Positions 36,909 through 48,970 of a stretch of 64,000 nt of DNA are shown here, in pieces. A program made the translations under genes and the position numbers. The DNA comes from Vicugna vicugna (Eukaryota): the NCBI GenBank assembly GCA_013265495.1, contig MU058540.1:147696-211695 (forward strand), given 5' to 3'. The notes beneath the pieces were generated by a model, which saw nothing but the letters and a program-made list of their open reading frames with translations, was not told the DNA's origin and did not search any database. Every line of letters begins with the position of its first letter. Positions within the stretch are counted from its first letter, which is position 1.

Positions 36909-39479
36909 AGAAAATAGGGAAAAGAAGAGGCAATTCACAGAGTAGGATATACAGGTGGCAAATAAGCATACAAAAGACCATTAGGGAATGCAAATTAAAA
37001 CATAGTGAGATATCACCACACACCCATTAGAATGGCTAAAATTAAAAATAGACCAAACCAAATGCTGTTAAAAATGCTGAAACACTGAATTACCCATAAT
37101 ACTGTAGGTACAACTACTCTGAAAGACAGTCCTGTAGTTTCTTCAACAAGCTAAACATACAACTACCACGCAATTCAGCAATTACACTACTAGGCATTTA
37201 TCTGAGAAAGAAAGATTTATGTCCACACAAAACCTTGTACATAAATGTTTATCCCAGCTGTATTCATAGTAGCTAAAAACTAGAAACAACCCAGATGCCC
37301 TTCAGCCGACTGTGCCATGTCCATATCATGGAATGCAACAGCAAGGAGGAGCTACCGATACATGCGACAGCCTTGTGTAAGCTCCAGAGAAATATGCTGA
37401 GAGAAAAGAGCCAATCTCAAAAGGTTGTAAACTGTATATTTTCATTTATGAAACAGTCTTGCAATGACAAAATTATAAAATGGAGAACAGATTAGCAATT
37501 GCCAGAGGTTAAGGAGGGTGTGGGGCAATAGAAAAGTGGATGTGGCTATAAAAGGGCAATGTGAGGGATCCTGGTGATGACAGTAATCCCTGTGATACAG
37601 CATTTTGACTGTATCAGCGTATCCCGGATGTGATTTTGTACCATGGTTTTGCAAGGTATCATCATCAGGGGAAACTAGGTAAAGGGTACAAGGGATCTGT
37701 TTGTAATATTTCTTACAACTGCATGTGAATCGAAAATTATCTCAAATTAAGGGTTTGATTTTTAAAATGACAGCAAACATTGTATTTAATGAAGAACATT
37801 TAGGTGTATTTCCTTTAAGAATGATGCTCATTGTCACTGCTACTGCTTAGCATAGTGCTGGAGGTCATGGTCTGTGCTATGAAAAAATAAAAGTAATGAA
37901 TTTTAAGGATTAGAAGGGAAGAAACAACACTCTCAGTGTTGGCTGATGATACAGTATCTGCCTGCAGAGAGATAAAGAGAGAGAATATCAGTAACAAATG
38001 AAACACTAAAACCAGTAAGAAAATCCAGCAAGCTTGCCCCATGTATGATCAACCTACAAAATTTGGTTACTTTCTAAAACTTGCAAATCATATATCTGAT
38101 AAGAGGTTAGTATCCAGAATATATTTTTTTAAATTTGTATAACCCAGCAACAACAAATAAAACCACACACAAAAACAATTTCAAAAAAAAAATTTCAAAA
38201 TGGACAAAGGATTTGAATAGACATGTCTCTAAAGATGGTAGACAAATGGCCAACAAGCATATGAAAAGATATTCAACATCACTAATCATTAGAGAAATGC
38301 AAATCAAAGCCACAATGAAATATCACCATTAGGATGGCTTCTGTTTTTTTTTTAAAGAGAAGCAGAGACTTGAACACGTATTTGCACCCCCATGTTCATA
38401 GCAGCACTATTCACAATAACCAGGAGGTGGAAAAAACACATATGTCCATCAATAGATGAATGGATAAACAATGTGGTCTCCACATACAATGGAACATTAT
38501 TCAGCTTTAAAAAAGGAAGGAAATCCTGTCATATGCGACAACATGGATGAACTTTGAGGACATTATGCTAAGTGAAATAAACCAGTCACGAGAAGACAAA
38601 TACTGCATGATTACACTTACATGAGATGTCTAAAGCAGCCACATTCAGTGAAACATAGAGTAACATGGTGGTCACTGGGGGCTGGGGAGAACGGGAGATG
38701 GAGGGTTGTTGTTTAGTAAGTACAACAGTTCAGTTTTGCCAGATGAAAAAATTTTAGAGATTTGTGGCACAATAATGTGAATATGCTTAAAAGTACTGAA
38801 ATGTATACTTTAAAATAGTTTAAATGGTCAATTTTATGTTAAGTGTTTTCTACCACAATTTTTTAATTGGTTTTGTTTCTACTGCAAGTAAGTGATTTGA
38901 AAATAAAATTACAGTAAGATACCAATCACAATCGCAACAAAAGCTCTAAAATGTCCAGGAATTAACCGATCGTATATAGATCACTATGAAAAAGTGAATT
39001 TTAAAAAAGCACAATAAAGAGCAGACAAGTCATTTGAGTAAAAAGGAAAATACCCTCTTTTGCATGGGATGACTTGATAGTAAAAAGAAATCAACTATCC
39101 CCACGTTGCTCTGTATAGTCAGTATAATCTCAAGCAAAATTCTAATTTAATTTTCAGAGATCAATAAACTTACTGTAAACCATGTATGAAAAAAAGATTC
39201 AGAAAGAGTTACAGAAACTTTGGGGCGGGGCTGGGGGAGGTGGAGAGGGAGAACTGGAAATGGGTAGTCCAGGTCCTCCAGCAGGAAAGGACAAGCTTGG
39301 TCTTCTCTGGCTCCGGAGGGCTTGTCCGAGGCCAAAGGAAGCCCACGCTTTGCATCTTTCTCCCTCCCACCCCCCAGCCTTGGCTTCTTTCCTTCCTATT
39401 GTGAACTTGCAGACTGTCCTCCCTCTGCCTTCAGGTCTTACTCTCTGCACTTCTCCACCCTGCTGTCTGCCCCGGGCAC

Positions 39480-39843
39480 TGACCTGTATGACATCACAGG
39501 CTCCCTGGCTTTCTCCTGCTTTCAGCCATGTCCAGGAGAGCAGAGGGAGGAGGAGTTTTTATTCCCTTGGCCCCCTCCCTGCAAGGTTACCTTAGGCTGG
39601 CTGTGTCCCTTGACTGAAGGGTACTGCCGCTGGCAAGGTGGGGACTCCACAGGATTTGTCCTCCTTCTGACTTCTGATAACCCCTCCCATCCCTCGGGGT
39701 AGTGACAGCTCAGCACCTGCCAGCTCCAGGTTACTGTACCTCCCTCTACCCACTTCCTTATAAACAATTCCTTACAAACAGACTCACCTTGAACTACCCT
39801 GGTTTGAGTGTGCCGTCTGTTTTCTGTTGAGGCCCTGATACAA
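39480..39843. mobile_element. LTR16-like ERVL LTR
   Basis: Ends gtttgagtgtgccgtctgttttctgttgaggccctgataca, typical of LTR16-family termini; left boundary uncertain. Confidence 0.55.
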
Positions 39844-40630
39844 TAAAAGTCACTTATTTCTTCATTTCCTGCCCCAGTCCACTCTGGCCAGGGGCTCTTC
39901 GAAGCCTCAGATGCAATGGAAAAGCAGGAGAGGAAGCATCGGGAGAGCCAGTGACCCCTTATCTGGGAGCAACCTCTTTGAGTTTGGGGCATCTCCACTC
40001 TGCAGATCCTGGGGACCTGTCTGGCCGAGGGGTGGCAAGACGCATTAGGGAGGAATCCCCCATGACCTGCTTCAAGGCAGTGGGAGAGCTCTTGGGAATA
40101 GCAGGCACTGCAACCAAGACCAAAATGGGGATGGAGTTCGACTCCACCCTCGTCTGTCATCTGACTCCCCCAATTTTACTTTGGAAACAGAATTACTTGA
40201 GAAGATAATCTAAAAATAATTTTCCAAAATAAACAGTGAGAGAAAATACCAATCCTTGTCTGTTCCTTTCACATGAATGTGTGCCTGAGTACAGAAACAA
40301 AGAGAACCTGGAACAAAGGAGCACGCGATGCCTCAGGAAAAACACTGAGGAGACATCCTCCCAGGGTGCATTTGGTTTTATTCCCATTGTCCTCAATGTT
40401 CCAAAGGAGAACCTCCAAATTGGGGTCAACACATTTCTCTAAAGTACTGGTATCCGCCCAAGGGTTGAAGTGCCTGCCCTCATGAACACAAACCCACATC
40501 CTTTACGGGTAGAGAGTTGGACCAGATGACCTTTAGAGTCAAATCCAGCTCCAAGTTCAGTTTTTAAAACAAGCAAGACATTGAAAGGAGAGAACCAATC
40601 TTTGGGATAGATATAACCCGAAAGTCCAAC

Positions 40631-40697
40631 TCTCTCCTCTCTCTTCCTCTCTTCCTCTCTCTCTCTCACTCTCTCTCTCTCTCTCACACACACACAC
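40631..40697. repeat. (CT)n(CA)n microsatellite
   Basis: Directly visible. Confidence 0.9.
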
Positions 40698-41971
40698 CCT
40701 TTTATGGTATTTTGTGATCGGTAACATCCTACTCTCCTCACACAGTCCTGGAGCTGGTCCATCATTACCCTTCTTCTACCTTCTTTCCAGGCACCACTCA
40801 CTCCCCTGTGTAACAGCATATACATCCTCCCTTTTCTCCCTCTTGTAATCTCACTTCCTAGACCCCGGGAGACCTACGTGGCATTTTTTCCTACCCTTAT
40901 CTGAAAGGGGACAGCCTTCCCTATAAAACAAAAACCTACAGGATGAGGGCACAGAAAAGCCTGATGGGAACCTTCAGAAGGGGACTGGAAGCTCTCCAAT
41001 TAGCTGACTCCCTCCCTCCTTCTCCTGGAGTCTGGTCACTGTGATTTCCACTGCTGAGACCAGACCCAGACCTTCAGGTGTACAGCTTCTCCTTCACAAA
41101 CGGCCAAGCAGAGACAAGACCCAAAGCCCCACCCCAGACTGGACTAGAATTTCGGAAGAAATTAGCTTTGTCAAACAAGCAAAAACAAAAAACAAGAACA
41201 GCAAATGGAGAAATGAAAATTAAGCAATACGGCAAGACTTCAAAGAGCAAGTTATTAAAGAAAGCACATAGTGGAGGAGAAGTGGAAGATTACTTACATG
41301 GCATACAGACTAATGGATTAATGTTATACAAAAGCTTTTTAAAGACAAAATAAAATTGATACAATTTGTAGAGATTGTTTCCTGAGCCTGCATTTACTGA
41401 CTAACACAGCACACACCACTATTTCCTCTCAGAGAATAGCCATTTTGAACTCATGAACATTTTCCTCTCCCATTGACTTCTTCACTAAATTCCTTCCAGA
41501 AGAGTTGCCCTGCTTACAAGAATTCTTCTGGGGAGACCACGGATGTGGTGGAAATCAATTTCCTGATTGGACAAACACTGAGCACCCACTTCAAGTATGC
41601 ATAAACAGTGCTACCCCCAACTCTTCTCCAGGCCCCCATCAACACAGAAACCATGCAAGGACGAAGGGTCCCAGGCCCCACGACCACCCCTTCCACCCAC
41701 CCACATACAACAATGCAGAGAAGCACCCAGGAAGAGTCCACACACAGTCTGTCTTCTGACCCCTCCCTAGCTCATCAGATTCTGATCATATGTGTTCCCA
41801 CATAGACACCCACCCACAGACAGGCATCCAAACCCCTTGTTCTCCCTCCACAACTCTCTGTTAGACTAAACTCCTCCTCCAGGACTTGTCTTCATTCCCA
41901 ATTTATTATCATTGCCTGAAGTCCAGTATCCAACTCTAATTCCAAAGGCAATTCCATAGCTCAGCTTTCTG

Positions 41972-41990
41972 TGTCCAGCAGGTGTCGCCC
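41972..41990 (+). promoter_or_regulatory. Candidate CTCF site (forward), 3' of DMB
   Basis: TGTCCAGCAGGTGTCGCCC versus core CCASYAGRKGGCRS, one mismatch. Confidence 0.5.
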
Positions 41991-42199
41991 TTCACTGGGA
42001 ACAAACAGTGCCTTTAATCTACCGTGTGAAATCTAGCCCCCAGCAGTGGATGCCCCTTGGGTTTGGGGTGGAAGGGAATGGAAGAATGATCTGAGGAGTG
42101 GTGTGCTACCAGCAGGAGGGTCCTCAGAACAAAGCAGCCTAGTTACTTCCAGCTCAGATAGACAAACATCCTCTAGCGAATTTGCTCTTTTATCTTAGA

Positions 42200-42650
42200 C
42201 AAGTTATTTAATCTCTCTAAACCTAGCTTCCTGGTCAGTGACTTGGAGGAAGACAATCTGTTCCTTATGGGATAATTGTGAAAAGTGAATGTGATGCAAA
42301 CTTAAGTCACGGAGGCCGGTGCCTAGGTCATGATAAGCACTCAAGCTAAGCTCCCATCCCATGCAGGATGTGGAAGTAATAACCACCCAGAACTCAGATC
42401 TGAAGTTAAGCTCCGTCCCCTGAATCCTGGCTCTCTGAGGGTCTGTGTCAGAGCTGTGATGAGGATCAAATGCAACAATACACGTTAAGCACCTTGTAGA
42501 ATGCCTGGCCCAGAAAACTGAATGACCGATAATAGCTAATGTCGCTATTGTGGGCTCGCTATGTGCCAGATAATGGTCTTAGCCATTTACAGGTATGAGC
42601 TCATTTAATCCTCATTAAGATCCCTTATGAGATAAGTACACTGTTAATCC
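42200..42650. mobile_element. Cluster of MIR fragments
   Basis: gacaagttatttaatctctctaaacct, gatgaggatcaaatg..gcaccttgtagaatgcctggc, ctatgtgccag..ctcatttaatcctca. Confidence 0.65.
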
Positions 42651-42870
42651 CCTACTTAGCCCTTATTCTGTGACTCCGTCCCACCACAGGTTAATGTCTT
42701 CTTATGAATTATAAATCAGAAAACTGCCCCACATTCTGCCGTGTCTAGATGGGAAAATGGGAGGAAACCGTGACTCCTCCACTCAAGAAGGAGAAAATCA
42801 AGCCCAGCGCCTAGCTCTGCCCAGTCCCGCCCCAGGAAAAAGCATGAAAAAAACAGTATTTCCACCAGAG

Positions 42871-42876
42871 TTTATT
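42871..42876 (-). terminator. DMB: DMB polyadenylation signal
   Basis: TTTATT on + (AATAAA on -), ~300 nt after the stop. Confidence 0.7.
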
Positions 42877-43177
42877 CCTCAGAGATGACCACCAGCGACT
42901 CACTGCCCTCTGTAGCACAGGGGGGCCCCAAAGAGGGTCTTTGACCTTCCTCCCCAGATTATATTCACCCCAGAGACATAGCCTTGGTTTCAGAATATTC
43001 CCAGGAATGAGTTCCCCCAAGTTGCTAAGCGGGGACTGGGAAATTCAAAGAACTGAATAGAGAAACCCTAAGATCCAAGAATATGTGGAGGGTTTGAGGA
43101 TGTTGGAGGGGCCCAGCAGCAGCCCTAAGTGTTTGAATCTCCTTCTCACTTGGAGTGGAAGCTGTAGAATTCCACCT

Positions 43178-43194
43178 CTAGGAAATGTGCTGAC
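43178..43194 (-). CDS. DMB: DMB exon 6: (G)QHIS*
   Basis: ctacAG acceptor, TAG at 43180-43178; human ends GWHIS. Confidence 0.92.
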
Positions 43195-43439
43195 CTGTAG
43201 AAGAAGTAAAAAGGAAATAATAAAGCGCCAAGCCAACCTGACCCCATTGTTTGTCCCTATAACCATCCATACCACAACACTTACTACAGTAATATTGGAA
43301 ATTCTAGATCGCCAAACACTAATACTGGGAAGCCACCTTCAGACGCTCCATTGGGTAGAAGAGGGTAGAGGAGGAGGAGCTAGGCTTCCCTCTCTCTGGC
43401 GCCTAATCCCAACAATGGCAGCTTAAATCATGCTCTTAT

Positions 43440-43614
43440 TGGGAGGATATAGTTCAAGTGGTAGAGCGCATGCTTAGCATATACAAGGTCCTGGGTTCAA
43501 TCCCCAGTACTGCCTCTATAAATAAATAAATAAATAAACAAACAAACAAACAAACAAACAAACCTAACTACCCCTCCGCCCTTCAAAATAAAATGAATTA
43601 AAAGAACAAAAAAC
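43440..43614 (+). mobile_element. Vic-1-type SINE in DMB intron 5 with (TAAA)n(CAAA)n
   Basis: TSD atcat(g/a)ctctta on both flanks. Confidence 0.9.
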
Positions 43615-43747
43615 ATCATACTCTTAGCTAGATCCTGGTAGATGCTCACCCCTGCTATAAGCACCATTAGCTGAACCCAACGCTGATTCCTCTAACCCTC
43701 ACCCCCTCCAAAGGACCAGCAGGCAAACAGACCAACAGAGATGTTAC

Positions 43748-43783
43748 CTTCTGGATAAACGGACCCTGGGAGGACAATGTAGC
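43748..43783 (-). CDS. DMB: DMB exon 5 (cytoplasmic): GYIVLPGSVYPE
   Basis: 36 bp, ttttAG...GTaac; carries a YxxL motif. Confidence 0.93.
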
Positions 43784-43916
43784 CTAAAAGAAGAAAACAT
43801 TTGATTAGATGAAAGAATCTGGTGTTATTCACAGCCAGTAGGGCAGCAATGCGTGAACCCGTCACAAACAGAACGTGAGCAGAGATGGGGGGTGAGCATT
43901 CAGAAGGGTCACTCAC

Positions 43917-44033
43917 CAGAGGAGGCAGCTCTCCGCCAGCTGAGCAAACCGAGAGAGAAGATGATGAGCCCCAGGCCCAGAGTCACTGCTGACACAGAAA
44001 CCTTCACTGTCTGGATTGGGGACAGCCCAGGAG
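43917..44033 (-). CDS. DMB: DMB exon 4 (connecting peptide/TM): TPGLSPIQTVKVSVSAVTLGLGLIIFSLGLLSWRRAAS
   Basis: 117 bp, tgcAG...GTgagt. Confidence 0.96.
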
Positions 44034-45462
44034 CTGCAAGGACAGACTTACTAGAACCAATTTCTGTTGCTCATCCCCACCCAGAGCAACTTAATTTACT
44101 GCAGCCTCCCCCTAGCAGGTTCTAAGATGCCAACCCCAAGGGTCCAGCTCATAGCAACCCACTCCCAAGGAAATGATCTTTCCTCAAAACCCCCACCCTG
44201 TGGATCTCTACTCACAGAGCAACCCTGGGGAACCACGGCCCCCAGAGTTAGTACCCTGGTTTCCACCTCACTAACATGGCAGGGCCTCTCAGGACAGCCT
44301 GTTGTCTTCCTTCACCCCAAAGACACCCTCGTCCAAGAGTAAAGTGTTCCTATTCCCCCTCTCCATTTACCCATGGTGACAATATTTGCTCTCTTATTTG
44401 CACTACCTGAGCATTTTCCTATTAACGTGTCTTTTCACCTTTCCTAACTTCTGATGGCTCCATTCTGTGAGCTGAGAACTTACATGTCTCCCATCCACCC
44501 CCATCCAGATTCACCATGTGTCCTGTCCTAACCTGTCTCCACCCTTCTCCACTGCCCCCACTTTCTGGAGCTGGTCCTACTCTGACCTGTCCCACTCGGA
44601 TTCCTTTAATGCTAAAATGAACATTCCGCCACCCAAGGACACTCCTTGTGCACGCTGTGGAGGCGGTCCCAGGAGAGCTCAGGGGAGCCGGTGGGTTCCA
44701 CGCCGCGCCCCTCATGTCCTTCCCAGCTGCCCAGCAAGACACAACACTTCCCACGGGGAGGGGGGAGGGGCCTGGGCTCAGCAGCGGGTCTGGAATCCTG
44801 TCCCTGACCTTTTGTACCCTTCCTCTTCCTCATTTTTTCCCCTCTCACTGTCTCAAGAATCCCCAAATCTGTGTGTTCTCTTCTCTCATTTCCTTTAACT
44901 ACTTCCACCCTGGGGTTTAAACAATGATGTCTGGCCCTTGTTCAGTAGCCCCCAAGCATGCCCACCAAAGTGTCTGCCAGCCATGGCTTTTTCCTCCCTG
45001 ATAGAGCAGCCCAGATTCAGTACTGCCCCCACACTGTGAGAGAGTCTCCTTTCTTCTGCGACCTTCTTTAGGTCTCCAATTCCCATTCCTGACCTGACAA
45101 CAGAATAGTTGAAATCCGAGGATCCTAGAATATTGCATCATTACCAAATCAACATCTTCTTTTCAGGACAGTCATTCTCCCCTCTCACCCTCAGACAAGC
45201 ACATGATAACAGCAACCAGATCACCATGGCAACAACAACAATAACCAATTCTTTTTCCTTTTGGTACCCCTTCCCCATCTCTCGTCATGAACCCTCTGTA
45301 AGTTCCTAGAGATTCAGTGATTCTTAGCATCCTCCGTTCAACCGTATACCATGGACCTACACATCTCACACACCCTCTGCCAGAATACTGGTCTTTTTTC
45401 AACCACCCACTTGCAGTAGCTCTCTGCTTACATGCTAATTCTTCCCATCTGCACACACTTAC

Positions 45463-45747
45463 TCCAGTCCTGAAGGATGGGTTCAGGAGAACTAATGTGC
45501 TCCACCACACAGGTGTAGGTGTCCCCAAAAGAGGGAGTTGTAGCCAAATGCGAGACTGTTTGGTACGTCCAGTCTCCATTGGGCTGCGCAATATTTTCGG
45601 CACTGCTGTGAGGGAAGATTGGCTGCCCGTTCTTCCTCCACGTGATGATCACATCAGCTGGATAGAAGTCCCACACATAGCAGGCCAGCATCACGGACTC
45701 CCTCGTGTTAAAAGGAGTGGTTTTGGCTACTTGCACAGATGGTGGCC
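45463..45747 (-). CDS. DMB: DMB exon 3 (beta2 Ig-C1 domain)
   Basis: PPSVQVAKTTPFNTRESVMLACYVWDFYPADV...NGDWTYQT...YTCVVEH..QDW; 285 bp, AG/GT. Confidence 0.98.
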
Positions 45748-46259
45748 CTGCAGAGGAGGAAAAACTGGTCACAAAGGAGGGTAATATTCCTGACTTTTCC
45801 TCCAGCCTAGTTTCTTTCCTACTTCAATTCTTTTGGATTTTGCCAACCAAAACACCCCACCCCTCCCCCGCCCCATCTCATTCCACCATACATCCCTTTG
45901 AAAATGGGGGGTTATATTCTATTTCCACTTCACTCTTTCTTTTCTCCCATTCCATCATGGCTCCTTCCTTTCTTTTCTCCTCTAAAATTATGTTTGAGCA
46001 TCATTAAGTAGAAGCTGGGTCTGAACTGCAAGCTGTTTCAGAAGTCATTGTATTTATTTCAACTACATAAGCTAATGATTGTCCAGTTTGCAAAGGTAGG
46101 AAAACACTTCTGTCCTCAAATCTGATTTAACAAATCAGTTTGCTAAGTAAAACCTTTTTTCCTTGAATAGTTTAAAGAAACAAGACTAACTCAGGGCTAA
46201 CTCTCTTAAATTTGGATTAGGGTAGTCCAACTTAATGAGATTATTAATATTGCCATCCT

Positions 46260-46428
46260 TTTTTAATTGAAGTATAGTCAGTTTACAATGTTACAACTAT
46301 TACAGCGAAATAGTTCAGTCATATATATGCATACATAGATTCGTTTTCATATTCTTTTTCATTATAGGTTACTACAATGTATTGAATATAATTCCCTGTA
46401 CTATACAGTAGAAACTTGTTATTTGTAA
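46260..46428 (-). mobile_element. L1 3' end in DMB intron 2, TSD ttgccatc
   Basis: ttttaattgaagtatagtcagtttacaatgtt...ccctgtactatacagtag; ttgccatc at 46250 and 46431. Confidence 0.8.
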
Positions 46429-47162
46429 TCTTGCCATCTTTTAATGGTTTAGTCTGCCAGGTGACCCTTCTGCTTGCCTTGGTGTTTTTCAAGCAAAATC
46501 TTAAATAAAAATCCAAGGAATTGTGATAAAATGCAGGTTCTCTAACTTGCATCTGCAGATATTTCCATTCGATGGCTCTGTAGTGGTACTCAAAGACTTG
46601 CATTGTTAACAAGCACCTTTCCGGGGCAATTCTGAGAAATCACATCTTAAGACACAATACTCTGCCCTATAGAGTCAGTCTCAAGTCATTCTCAACGCAA
46701 GCGAAGAAGGGTGAGAAAGTATGCATCAGAATCCCCTGGGAGGCTGCCCCAAATATTACCATGCCTGGGCCCATCCCAGACCTGGAACATCAGAACCTGG
46801 GTTACAGAGGCATGAGCATTTTGGGAAAAGCCATTCTGGTTATTCTGACAGTTCAACCCCTGGTTGAACTTGGATCTGCATCCTGAGATACCCTGCACAG
46901 AAAGAAAACACACATACTCTCCCCACAATAGCCCCTCACCCGCTCAAAGGTCACTTCCCCTTTCTCATCCCTGCCCCATCCCCAACAGCCACTTTGTTTC
47001 CCCTTGAGGGTCAACCCTCCCTCTCTCCACATTCTACGTCCTCACATTTTTGGCTTCTCTTCTGCCCAAATCTCAACCCCCCCGCCAGCTGAGGGATCCT
47101 TCCTGACCTCTCCTCTCCTAACCATGCTTCCTAGCAGTCCCTCTGCTCCCCCATCTCCTTAC

Positions 47163-47444
47163 GTGTCCTGTGGGTCAGTGATTTCCAGAAGGGCTGGGTG
47201 TGTGTGGCACAGTCCTGAAGCCCATTGGACAAGCGCTGGATCAGGTTTTCATTTCGGTTGAGGAAATCTGAGAGGTATTTAGCCAAGCCATGCAGCACCC
47301 CAAATTCACAAGGGACCATATTGGCCTGCAGGGGATCCCAGCAGGTCAGCAAATCCTTGTTGAAGGAAATACAATACTTGAACTCCTCTGGTGTCCCGTC
47401 ATCATCCAACAGACAGCTGCTTTCCACGTGAGCCACAAAGCCAC
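47163..47444 (-). CDS. DMB: DMB exon 2 (beta1 domain)
   Basis: GFVAHVESSCLLDDDGTPEEFKYCISFNKDLLTCWDP...PCEFGVL...GLQDCATHTQPFW..LTHRT; 282 bp; DM-specific cysteines. Confidence 0.98.
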
Positions 47445-47795
47445 CTACAGGGGCCAGAGAAGGGGAGGGCAGGTCACCATCTTCTGCTGGGAGTCCAAGC
47501 TTCAGTTACACCCAGTGACTGCGGTATAGGTTCCTGCCGGAGGCAGCATCTCCTGACCAAGCTCGTGTCCTAGAGTCTCTAAGAGTCCCCATTCAGGGAA
47601 TAGATGGTAGTAGCAGAGGACTTTTTAGATCCCATCTCCTTTTTATGTGAGACCAAGTACGGGGACAGGAGTGGCCCCAAGTGATGTGCATGTGTAAACA
47701 CAGGATAAGACCGTCAGTAAGGCAAAAAAATTTTTTTTAATTTTTAGAAGTAATTATTTTATTTAACTGGCAAAAAAGAAAATTGAAAATGTTTT

Positions 47796-47935
47796 GGAGG
47801 AGGGAGAAGGTATAGCTCAGTGGGACAGTACATGCCTAGCATGCACAAGGCCCTGGGTTAAATCCCCAGTACCTCTATTAAAAAGAAACAAATAAATAAA
47901 CCTAACTACCTCCCCCCAAATTTGTTTTAAAAAAA
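47796..47935 (+). mobile_element. Vic-1-type SINE in DMB intron 1, TSD gaaaatgtttt
   Basis: TSD at 47785-47795 and 47936-47946. Confidence 0.92.
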
Positions 47936-48596
47936 GAAAATGTTTTATTTATTTAAATAAATACTTAAATATTGTCATATTATGATAAATACATACACAT
48001 CTACACACACACACACACAAAGGAATAACCAGGTATGACATAAAAGTGTGAAATGTCTTCCTAATTTTTTTCTCGACGTTTTCTATGAAGCAATCAGGAG
48101 TTGTTTCTCAATGTGATTTTTATTTATAGATAATAAGTTCTTAGATAATATTAAATCTATTCAATAGAACATTGAAAAATAATTAAAGAATATCTATTTC
48201 AAAATAAACCTTATTATTACAGTAAGGCAAATTATTGAGTGAAAAGGGGTGGGGTGGTCAAAGGAAAGAGTTAGCTTTGTCCTGTGCTGGCTATATTATT
48301 AAATATTCATGCTCGCTCACGAAGCATTCGCTATGTACCAGGTACTATGCTAGGCGGTTGCAGCAGTAAACAAAACAGATTTTGCCTTTGCCTACATTCC
48401 AGCAGGAACTGTCTATAACACAAATAATTATACAGCTTAATTACGATTAAAGTTGCGACAAAGATACAATACAAAGTGCTATAGGCGTGTATAATAGGGA
48501 GACAACTTGTTTGGAATGTCCGAATCCAATAATAAACTAACCCTCTTACTCCAAAGGAGCAGAGGAAGGGAGGGTCCCAGGAGGGAATGTCCTTAC

Positions 48597-48651
48597 CTGC
48601 TCCGGTGCAGCCCAGGCTGAGGCCCAGCAGCAGCGGCAGGAGGGCTGTCAT
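48597..48651 (-). CDS. DMB: DMB exon 1 (signal peptide): MTALLPLLLGLSLGCTGAG
   Basis: 55 bp, GTaagg donor; the six exons sum to 792 nt = 263 aa + stop. Confidence 0.97.
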
Positions 48652-48896
48652 TCTCCGCTCTGGGCAGCCCCGGGGAATTCAGTCCCCTGGACCAGCTCTT
48701 CCAGGAGCCTTGGGTCCTCTCCTGCTCCAGAAGTCCCAGCCTGGGTAGGTGGTCTCCAGACGCTGAGTGGGAATGTGGTAATGCCCAGGCCCCCCTGATG
48801 CTCTCTAAGTGAGTGGTTCTCAGCAACCAAGCCCCTAGATACTAAACCTGTTCCTTACCAGCGCATCTAAGTCGGTGTCCCAAACAGAATTGTCAG

Positions 48897-48970
48897 ATTG
48901 GCTGGGTGGGTGGGGACAAGTGTACAGACAAATCGCTGAGTGCCCCAGCTCAGCATCATCAGTCACTAGG
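48897..48970 (-). promoter_or_regulatory. DMB: DMB X/X2 box with degenerate Y box and extra CCAAT
   Basis: X1 CCTAGTGACTGATG (48970-48957); GCGATTTG 20 bp downstream (48936-48929); CCAAT on - strand at 48901-48897. Confidence 0.8.

Larger units (their letters stand above)
33660..39190 (+). mobile_element. Nested L1M complex (old L1 host, inserted L1 ~34286-37765, younger L1 3' end ~38076-38860)
   Basis: ORF2/3'UTR landmarks, e.g. ORF 38135..38332 [29 protein letters not shown]; host sequence resumes after acagcaaa. Confidence 0.8.

Noticed and set aside
39522..40160. Longest ORF in the window (212 aa, - strand)
   Set aside because: Partly overlaps an LTR16-like element; no recognisable domain or exon structure.
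41532..41570. Possible distal X-Y enhancer (..ACGGATG..CTGATTGG)
   Set aside because: The 5' half of the X box does not match and the spacing is 17 bp rather than 19-20.
39850..42850. A second DMB copy (as in mouse Mb1/Mb2) downstream of DMB
   Set aside because: Only a chance LQDC tetrapeptide; no class II exon remnants seen.
48855..48866. Tiny upstream ORF (ATG CGC TGG TAA) 5' of DMB
   Set aside because: The TSS is unknown and it may lie outside the mRNA; three-codon ORFs are common by chance.
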